Source of the DNA: Bdellovibrionia bacterium
GTDB taxonomy: Bacteria; Bdellovibrionota; UBA1018
Assembly: GCA_040399745.1 (NCBI GenBank)
Contig: JBBARP010000009.1
Location: 117,665-181,664 of the forward strand
Length of the DNA: 64,000 nucleotides
Reading direction: 5' to 3'
The notes below the pieces were generated by a model. That model was not told the DNA's origin, searched no databases, and saw only the letters and a list, made by a program, of their open reading frames with translations. The position numbers and the translations under genes are program-made. Positions 57,659-64,000 of the stretch are shown here, in pieces; position 1 is the first letter of the stretch, and every line of letters begins with the position of its first letter.

Positions 57659-58063
57659 TCAGTGCGTTGAGCAGACCACTTCGACGCTGCCAGTGAGCAG
57701 CCGCGAGCGGTAAACGCCAATTTGTGCCTCGTCCGCCAAGTTCTTGTGAACGACGGCTAGGGTCTTGCCCAGATTGCTGATCAGGCGAAGTTCGCCTTCG
57801 TTCGAGGCAATGTCCCAGCTCAGTTTGAAGCCGTAGCCCGGAATCGAGGCGCGCACGCTTGCGGTCGGCATCGGCGCCGTCTCGTCGCGGCGGTAGTCCA
57901 CGTCCTTGGGTTCAAAAGCGAGTTTGCCGGCCTTCTTCACTTTCAGAGGGGATTCCGTCAGCCAAGTGCAGTGCACGACCGGCGCTGGATAGGCCTGAGC
58001 GGGCACCGAGCTGAAACCAAGGGAAAGGGCCAGGAGGGTGACTGGGCTTGAGAGCTTGACCAT
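57659..58063 (-). CDS. small secreted hypothetical protein
   Basis: Signal peptide (LLALSLGFSSVPAQA). About 110-aa mature part. No motif recognised. Confidence 0.35.
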   Translation of the reverse strand: MVKLSSPVTLLALSLGFSSVPAQAYPAPVVHCTWLTESPLKVKKAGKLAFEPKDVDYRRDETAPMPTASVRASIPGYGFKLSWDIASNEGELRLISNLGKTLAVVHKNLADEAQIGVYRSRLLTGSVEVVCSTH

Positions 58064-58126
58064 GGTGGTCTTGTATAGGATTGGGCGCGCGCTTTCAAGG
58101 GGTTTTGTCGGTTACATTTCTGCGGT

Positions 58127-59338
58127 TTATTTTTTGGGGCTTTGAGCAGAAAGCGGCATTTGAAAGGGAAGGCCTTGAAGGGCGCGAAAAGCCTGTTTGC
58201 CGAGCTCATCCGTCTTTTCATACGTATCGGTGGCACTGAGAAGGATGAATTCCTTCGGGCTTTTTAGGTCGCGCATCCAAAAGGAGCTCGCACCCAAGGT
58301 GGCTCCGCCATGCCAGGCGTAGGTCTCGGCTTCAGGCAGTAGGCTTTGACCGCTCATCCAACCCATACCCCCGTGATTGGAGTCGAAGGCAAAGAGCTTT
58401 TCTTCTGCCTTTTTACCCAAAACGTGGTGGTTTCTTAGTGCTCGCGACCAGAGCAGAAAGTCATGAGCTGTTGTGTAAAGGGCTCCTGCACCAGAAAGGC
58501 CCGGTAGACCTGGGTCGGGCTCGGTTTCAAAGGTGCCTTGGATTTCTTTTATGAATTTTTCTGGAAGCGTGGGGTGTTCTAGCGAAACCAGAGCCGTGTT
58601 CTTCATCTGAAGTGGATGAAAGAACTCGTCTTGAAAAAACTGCCCGAGACTTTTCCCCGTTTGAAGCTCGATCACTCGGCTAAGGGCAATAAAACCAAGA
58701 TTGGAGTAGCTCTTCTTTGTTCCGGGCTCGAATTCCGGTTTTCCGAGTCTCTCGGGGACGAGTTTCCATTCAGCGTGGTTTTTTTCCTCAGGGTAGGGCG
58801 CGATTCTAAAGGCCAGCTTCAGGTAGTCGATGCCTCTTTCCCAAGGTGTGGTTGCGTCGCGCTTGAGCCCCGATTGGTGACGAAGGAGGTGTTCCAGGGT
58901 GATTTTTTCTAAATCGGGATTGCAAAACGATTTCAGAAAAGTACAGGCCGTTTGACTGATCTTCAGTTTTCCTTGTTCTTCGAGCCGAAGCACTGCCGCC
59001 GCCGTAAATCCCTTCGTGAGTGAGCCGATTAGAAACACGCTTTCTTCATTGAAGGTGCGCGCCTGGGGCGGCTTTCGCTCGATGGGGGATGGGAAAAACC
59101 AAGGCTTCCCTTCGGCGTTCACGCCAACCGCAATTCCGTCAAACCAACCTTGCCCGGAGTAGGATTTCAGGAGCCGTTCAAAGTTCTGAAGTTGTTCGGC
59201 TGGGTTTGATGTTACCGGCACTGCGATGAGTGTGGGGTCCAGAAAAATAGTGACGAGTCTTGAAAGGGCTATGGACCCAACCACCGCTAGGGAGAGAATT
59301 TTAAGTGATTTTTTGAACATGACAGACTCCTGCTTCAC
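58127..59338 (-). CDS. beta-lactamase-related serine hydrolase (class C / PBP4*-like family)
   Basis: N-terminal TM or signal segment. SxxK motif FLIGSLTK, and a later YSN-like (YSNLGF) motif. Confidence 0.7.
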   Translation of the reverse strand: MKQESVMFKKSLKILSLAVVGSIALSRLVTIFLDPTLIAVPVTSNPAEQLQNFERLLKSYSGQGWFDGIAVGVNAEGKPWFFPSPIERKPPQARTFNEESVFLIGSLTKGFTAAAVLRLEEQGKLKISQTACTFLKSFCNPDLEKITLEHLLRHQSGLKRDATTPWERGIDYLKLAFRIAPYPEEKNHAEWKLVPERLGKPEFEPGTKKSYSNLGFIALSRVIELQTGKSLGQFFQDEFFHPLQMKNTALVSLEHPTLPEKFIKEIQGTFETEPDPGLPGLSGAGALYTTAHDFLLWSRALRNHHVLGKKAEEKLFAFDSNHGGMGWMSGQSLLPEAETYAWHGGATLGASSFWMRDLKSPKEFILLSATDTYEKTDELGKQAFRALQGLPFQMPLSAQSPKK

Positions 59339-61017
59339 AGACTCAGCTTTTGAATCGCCCGCTGAATGGCGGGTGCGACCGCTGCTTTGAAAGCCTCGAA
59401 GGTCGGTTCAACGTAGACATCCGGCTTTACCGAACGGTTCTCCGAGCTCCAGTCTTCCATAAGCTTCGAGCTGACGGAATTTTCAGGTTCGCCGGTGGGC
59501 GGCCCAAAAAGGAAGTTAGGGACTTCGACCAACAGGCCTTCCGAGCTTGAGATTCGGATTTCAGGCGTCGGTACTCGAGAAGAGGACATAAATCCGGCAC
59601 CCATTCCGGCGGTAGGAGTTCCAATGAAAAGTCCCCGTCGATTGGCGCGAAGGACCTGCCCAACCCCTTCGCAGGCACTGCGGCAGGAATCAGAGATCAG
59701 AATGACCATTTTTCCGGCGAATCCGATTTCTTTTCCGAAGGAATCGACTGCCGAGTGAAGGGCTGGGCCGACAACACCAAACGATGTCGTTTTCTTTTCC
59801 TTCGCCGCTTTCGAGAAAGCCATCCTCTCAGTTGGGTGCGATTGGCTCAGGTGAAACCCGGATGAGTTCAGGGCGACTCCAAAGGTCCTGGGATAAAGAA
59901 GGGTCCCTGGTGCTGTGAGCAATCGAAGAAGTGCGTCTGCGTTCTGCCCACTTCCACCGTCGTTGAACCTCAGGTCGAGAACCAGTGGGAGGCCTGAAGT
60001 CGATATTTTCTGGATGACCCGGGTCAAAGCCGTTTCAAAACTCAAATTTTCAGCGCTAGTTCCGCGGACATGATCGGAGTCGAATGTATAGATTGCGAGA
60101 TGAAAAGCGCGTTGAGATTCCCATTCGATTGATTGAGATACGATCACTTTTCGGTTCGAATTATAATCATCTTCCGAGGTGTAAAAGATCTCCTGATCTG
60201 GTGCCGAAAATTCATTGTCGTAGGTCCGAAGCTTCTCTGGGCTCGCTGGCTCGACGCGATTGATTCCCGCGTGATCGGCGAGAAGGGTTTGCTCTGAACT
60301 GGGACGAGAGAGTCTCCAGTTCACTGTTTCGTAGAGGATGGTTTGGGTTTTGTTTTTTCGGAACCCGAGCCGGACGAGCGCCTCTCTGGGGAAAGGAAGA
60401 CGGCGGTCGGTTAGTTCAATCGTTGCTTTCCGGAAGGCCGCATCTGGCGTTCCTCCTGAAACCAGAGGCATGATTTCGCGTCGGATCACCTTCTGGACAG
60501 GTTCACCATTCCACAAGAGGACCTCGTCACCGAGTTCAAGCCGAGTTGAAGTGGGAAGCCTGCTTTGAATAATTCCGATGATTCGGATCGAGTCGCCGGA
60601 GAAGGCGCTGAGTTGGATGGGAAGGCTGTAGAAACCGAGGCCCCGCGTTCGAAGCTTGAGATGGGCGTCGTGGAAGCGAGCAAGCCAGCGAGTTAAACGC
60701 TCTTGGAACTCGAGATTGTGCTTGGCCCAGGCCACTTGGGATTCGGCCGTGTAGCGAGGGTCAGGAAGGCGGCCCTCGTGTTGAATGGCCTGGCCACAGG
60801 CCCGCTCGGGGTCGAGTATCCCGCGTTTTTTCTTGAGCGACCAAGCCGCGTAGTCCTTCCGGAGGCCGTCGCAGAGATTTTCAAAAGCTCTGACTCTTTC
60901 CTTCCGGCTCCAGCGAGGGCTGCCAGGAAGAGGCGCTTCCTCTCCGCTGGCTTGTAGGACAGGGAGTCCGAGGATGAGGGACGCGACGAATAACGGAAAA
61001 AATCGAAGTGGGAACAT
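59335..61017 (-). CDS. S41 family peptidase (C-terminal processing / tail-specific protease-like)
   Basis: Signal peptide from MFPLRFFPLFVASLILGLPVLQA. LVLDLRFNDGG and ISDSCRSACEG blocks match the S41 DLR.N.GG and S.SA.E catalytic regions. Confidence 0.65.
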   Translation of the reverse strand: MFPLRFFPLFVASLILGLPVLQASGEEAPLPGSPRWSRKERVRAFENLCDGLRKDYAAWSLKKKRGILDPERACGQAIQHEGRLPDPRYTAESQVAWAKHNLEFQERLTRWLARFHDAHLKLRTRGLGFYSLPIQLSAFSGDSIRIIGIIQSRLPTSTRLELGDEVLLWNGEPVQKVIRREIMPLVSGGTPDAAFRKATIELTDRRLPFPREALVRLGFRKNKTQTILYETVNWRLSRPSSEQTLLADHAGINRVEPASPEKLRTYDNEFSAPDQEIFYTSEDDYNSNRKVIVSQSIEWESQRAFHLAIYTFDSDHVRGTSAENLSFETALTRVIQKISTSGLPLVLDLRFNDGGSGQNADALLRLLTAPGTLLYPRTFGVALNSSGFHLSQSHPTERMAFSKAAKEKKTTSFGVVGPALHSAVDSFGKEIGFAGKMVILISDSCRSACEGVGQVLRANRRGLFIGTPTAGMGAGFMSSSRVPTPEIRISSSEGLLVEVPNFLFGPPTGEPENSVSSKLMEDWSSENRSVKPDVYVEPTFEAFKAAVAPAIQRAIQKLSL

Positions 61018-61246
61018 AGGATTTTTTCCGGATGTGCAATGGCTGTGCCTGCTCAGATAGGCCCGGGAGGAGCCTTGAGTGCGGGAATCGGAGTTCATAC
61101 CCCAGAGAAGCTGTAGGCAATTGCCTACAGTTCAAGCTTCGGCTGTAGGCTATCGCCAACGCGCGTGTCTGGGCAGCAGCAGCCCCTTTGAAGAAAGGCT
61201 AGCGCGGCCGGCGTTTGAGCGCTTCTGCGGACTGCGGCCTAACCCT

Positions 61247-63181
61247 TTACTGAGCGGTTGCCGGGCGATCCAGCAGCGCGCGGTAGGGCTCGGTCACTTT
61301 ATCGAGCGAGGCGCGGAAACCTTCCCGTGCCTTGGCGTCGGGCCAAATGGTGCTACGGTAGAACTCGTCCGACTTCACGTAAGCCACGGTGGCGTAGCCT
61401 TGGTTCGTGGCGAACAGAATGCCGGCGGTCCACTTGGGGTGGTTCTTGAACCAGGCTGCCAGAGCCGGGGCCAGGATCTTGTCGTGCTTGCTTCCGGTCG
61501 AGGTGCCAATCCAATTCAGGATCTTTTCAAACACTTCGTAGCGGGTCAGAGACGACCACGGAAGGAGCGGAACCACAGCGTAGCTCAGGCTGTAGGCTTG
61601 GGTGCGGAGGTACTCTTCGCTGTCGCGCCCCTCGATGTTCATCGTGATGTGGGTGGACTGAAAAGCAGCGCCGGCGAACACTTTGGCCCGTTGCATGCGG
61701 GTGACGTTCGGAGAAAGCCCCACGACGCTCAAGATGGCCGAGTAAAAGGACATGAGAACCATGTCGCGGATCAGGAGGTCTTTTGGGCGCTCCAAGTAAA
61801 CGTCCAGCGCGTAGGTCAGAACCGTGGACCAAGTGAAGTCCATGGTGATTTCCCAGAAGCGGGGGTTGTTCTTGAAGTTCTTCAATTGGGTCGGGACAAA
61901 GCGCACCAGGGCCGGGATCAAAGCCCGAGGGTTGGCCAGGGCCGCCCGGAAAGCCGTGGTAGCGGCGCCGATGCCGCCGGCAGCGCGGATGCCGCTCAAG
62001 GCAGGAAGAATACTGGTGACGACCACGAACGAAGTGGCGCCGACGATTCGGCCAGCGGTTTCGGTCGCTGCCACGCGGGACATCAGGCGGTCGTATTCGG
62101 GTTTCGTCAGCTCGCCCTTTTCGAGCATCTCCATGGCCCGAGCCTTATAGAGGACGTCGACGAAGTCCGAATCCGGGTGCATCGAGAAGAAGCCTTGGCC
62201 AAACTTCAGCCAAGCGATGTAGGCGCGCTCAGACGGGGAGTCGAGTGCCCGGGCTGCTTCGGCGAAGCTTTGCTCTTGGGTTTGAGCCAAGCGCTTCTCG
62301 TATTGCTCCAGGGACAGGCTTTGAACCGGATCAAAGTTCAGGCGTTCTGCGGCGGTCCCGTAGGAGCGTCCGGTCAGGATCAGGGCCTTGTGGTCAGTCG
62401 AAAGACCAACACCCGTCCAGATCGTGGTGGGGTCGGCGGTTCTGAGCTGCCCAACGGGCTGGGCGACGCCTCGGGCTTCTAGGATGATGGACTCGCCCTT
62501 TTGCTTGACGTCAAAGGAGCCGATCCCGAGCTGCCGGGCCGCAACGTAGAGGCGGCTTGACTTCGAGTCGTAGGCCAGACCCGTTGCGTAGGGCGCAGGT
62601 TGAAAGGCGATGGGAACCATCGGGAAGACGGGAAGGTCTTGCTTGCGGGGGTCGGGGAAGTGCCACACCGAGACGCCCGACGTTGCGGTCGATTTTCCCG
62701 GGACGGCTTGCGAGCGGGAGATGAACGCGATCTGGCGCTCAGAATCGATGGCCAGGCCGTGAGCGTCGAGGTTGAGCATCCGCTCAGTCGCCAGGAGCTT
62801 CTTCCCGGCCCGGTGAGCTTTCAGGGTGCTCAGGTCAAAGGCGATGAGTCCTTTTCGTCCTTGAGCAATGTAGAGGCGGCCGTAGGCCATAGCCATGCCC
62901 TTTACGGTCATGGGGAGAGAGACACTTTCGCCCGAGGCTTTATTCTCGACGGTCAGGGTGTTGATCGTGGCCTTGAACCGGTGAGTGGCGTCTTCTTGAG
63001 TGTCGTAGGCCTGCAGCGCCGCTTGGGGCGCTGAGGCGGTGGTACGGCCTGCTTCGTGGCGTTCCATTTCCGCGGTCAGGGCGTCCGTATCTTCTTGTGC
63101 GTTTGCACGAACGGCGCCCGGTCCAGCGAGGACAACCAGGGTCAGAAAAGCAGCAGTGACGGCGAAGGTTTTTGTGTTCAA
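61247..63181 (-). CDS. secreted hypothetical protein, 644 aa
   Basis: Signal peptide (AFLTLVVLAGPGAVRA). A beta-rich N-terminal half and a helical C-terminal half with a hydrophobic stretch. The antisense ORF 61079..62482 is rejected. Confidence 0.45.
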   Translation of the reverse strand: MNTKTFAVTAAFLTLVVLAGPGAVRANAQEDTDALTAEMERHEAGRTTASAPQAALQAYDTQEDATHRFKATINTLTVENKASGESVSLPMTVKGMAMAYGRLYIAQGRKGLIAFDLSTLKAHRAGKKLLATERMLNLDAHGLAIDSERQIAFISRSQAVPGKSTATSGVSVWHFPDPRKQDLPVFPMVPIAFQPAPYATGLAYDSKSSRLYVAARQLGIGSFDVKQKGESIILEARGVAQPVGQLRTADPTTIWTGVGLSTDHKALILTGRSYGTAAERLNFDPVQSLSLEQYEKRLAQTQEQSFAEAARALDSPSERAYIAWLKFGQGFFSMHPDSDFVDVLYKARAMEMLEKGELTKPEYDRLMSRVAATETAGRIVGATSFVVVTSILPALSGIRAAGGIGAATTAFRAALANPRALIPALVRFVPTQLKNFKNNPRFWEITMDFTWSTVLTYALDVYLERPKDLLIRDMVLMSFYSAILSVVGLSPNVTRMQRAKVFAGAAFQSTHITMNIEGRDSEEYLRTQAYSLSYAVVPLLPWSSLTRYEVFEKILNWIGTSTGSKHDKILAPALAAWFKNHPKWTAGILFATNQGYATVAYVKSDEFYRSTIWPDAKAREGFRASLDKVTEPYRALLDRPATAQ

Positions 63182-63423
63182 GGAGGGGGCTTATAAGTGC
63201 CACCGGACCCACCGTCAAGAAAAAGACATGACAAGTTGAGAAAAATTTCGGATGGGGCCCCGGAAAGCTGTCAAATTTTTAAATATATTTAGTGTGTCAT
63301 AAAGGACGCGCTCCCAGAGCGGCTCCCGGAGTCCATACTTAATAGAGGGGAGGGACCCTTCTGCGAAGTTCGGATCGCCGCCAATGGGCTTGGATTTTTT
63401 ATTCAAGGCGCATTTTCCTGCGC

Positions 63424-64000
63424 TTGAGGGAAGCCTTTTTTATTTTGCCGTTTTTTGCGGCAATTTCGGCCTGCAGCATGACTCAAGGGGTGTCTTTTTA
63501 CACAGATCCTGATGCATGGAGGCTGGAGCCCGCCGAGGTCAGAATCTCGGCCGACGCCTTTGTCGAAGCGGGTTCCTGCGCCGCGGTCACCCTGGAACTT
63601 TACGGCTCAGACGGTTTGGCCACCTATCCGAAGGTCTCGACTGTGGTCAGTTTGGCCCAGACGGGGAGCGGGGGGTTCTACCTGGACGGAAATTGCTCCC
63701 AGGGGGCCTCCAGTGTCCAGATGCCGTTTCGCTCTTCCAGTGCGGTTGTGTACTTTTACCAGTCTTTACCCGGGACGCCGACCCTTCAGGCAAGCTCCAC
63801 GGGCCTGAGTGGCGGTACCGACTCCGTGACCGTGGGGTACCTCTCGGTGGCGAGTCTGGACCTTCAGGGACCGTCTTCGCAGGGCACCTCGGACTGCGGG
63901 CTACTGACGCTCACTCAAAAAAGCGCCTCCGGCGGGCTCACGAAAAGTTCGAACCCCATGGCGGTCAGTTTGGTTACCTCAGGGACCGGAAGCTCGAGTG
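63424..64000 (+). CDS. hypothetical lipoprotein, partial (runs off the window end)
   Basis: Hand translation shows an open frame from about 63424 (TTG; the in-frame ATG is at 63478) to the window end. FFILPFFAAISAC is a lipobox signal. It is not in the ORF track because there is no in-window stop. Confidence 0.4.
   Translation, partial: MREAFFILPFFAAISACSMTQGVSFYTDPDAWRLEPAEVRISADAFVEAGSCAAVTLELYGSDGLATYPKVSTVVSLAQTGSGGFYLDGNCSQGASSVQMPFRSSSAVVYFYQSLPGTPTLQASSTGLSGGTDSVTVGYLSVASLDLQGPSSQGTSDCGLLTLTQKSASGGLTKSSNPMAVSLVTSGTGSSS

Noticed and set aside
61079-62482. 467-aa plus-strand ORF opposite the 644-aa secreted protein
   Set aside because: The minus-strand ORF has a proper signal peptide and protein-like composition. 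The plus frame is Gly/Arg/Val-rich.
1-64000. Search for CRISPR arrays, tRNA/rRNA genes, transposases, integrases or phage genes
   Set aside because: No short regularly spaced direct repeats, no tRNA-like T-arm consensus, and no recognisable transposase, integrase or phage-structural translation were found. The window looks like core chromosome.

Overview
This is a high-GC (about 60 percent) bacterial chromosomal segment that is densely coding on both strands and mostly housekeeping. I see no rRNA, tRNA, CRISPR array, transposase or integrase anywhere in the window. The gene content and lipoprotein-rich envelope suggest a Gram-negative organism, possibly delta-proteobacterial or Bdellovibrionota-like, but that is a guess. 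All annotation below comes from reading the supplied translations and the DNA by eye; no database search was possible.

Recognisable core genes, in order: a partial MarC-family membrane protein at the left edge (missed by the ORF track because it runs off the window); ThrRS without an N-terminal TGS domain; type I L-asparaginase; a HAD hydrolase; ExbB/TolQ and ExbD/TolR; an ICMT-like methyltransferase; the alpha and beta subunits of a 2-oxoacid dehydrogenase E1, followed by a strong terminator; DapF; a PurL lacking the glutaminase domain plus a separate PurQ; a translationally coupled AddB-like and AddA helicase-nuclease pair; a GT2-like gene; an AmiC-type amidase; MutY; MutS; pyruvate kinase; an M28 aminopeptidase; a DsbA-like lipoprotein; KpsF/KdsD; SuhB; a class IV aminotransferase; HflX; the canonical rimP-nusA-infB-rbfA-truB operon; GltX; a beta-lactamase-family hydrolase; and an S41 peptidase.

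Between these sit several unassigned genes that are more interesting:
- two tandem, overlapping paralogous secreted proteins convergent on exbD
- a TVGYGD K+ channel with an RCK domain, directly coupled (TAA then ATG) to a stand-alone cNMP-binding protein
- a 681-aa protein that is extremely rich in E, R, K, D and Q and predicted to be coiled coil
- a membrane-anchored protein with 4 tandem 24-aa (72-bp) repeats next to a periplasmic HEAT-repeat protein
- a secreted retropepsin-like aspartic protease carrying a PDZ domain
- an 825-aa cysteine-rich secreted coiled-coil protein
- a lipoprotein with a GFNN repeat array
- a small palindromic operator candidate upstream of purL

No single system stands out as clearly novel. 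The best leads are the paralog pair and the split channel/CNBD module.
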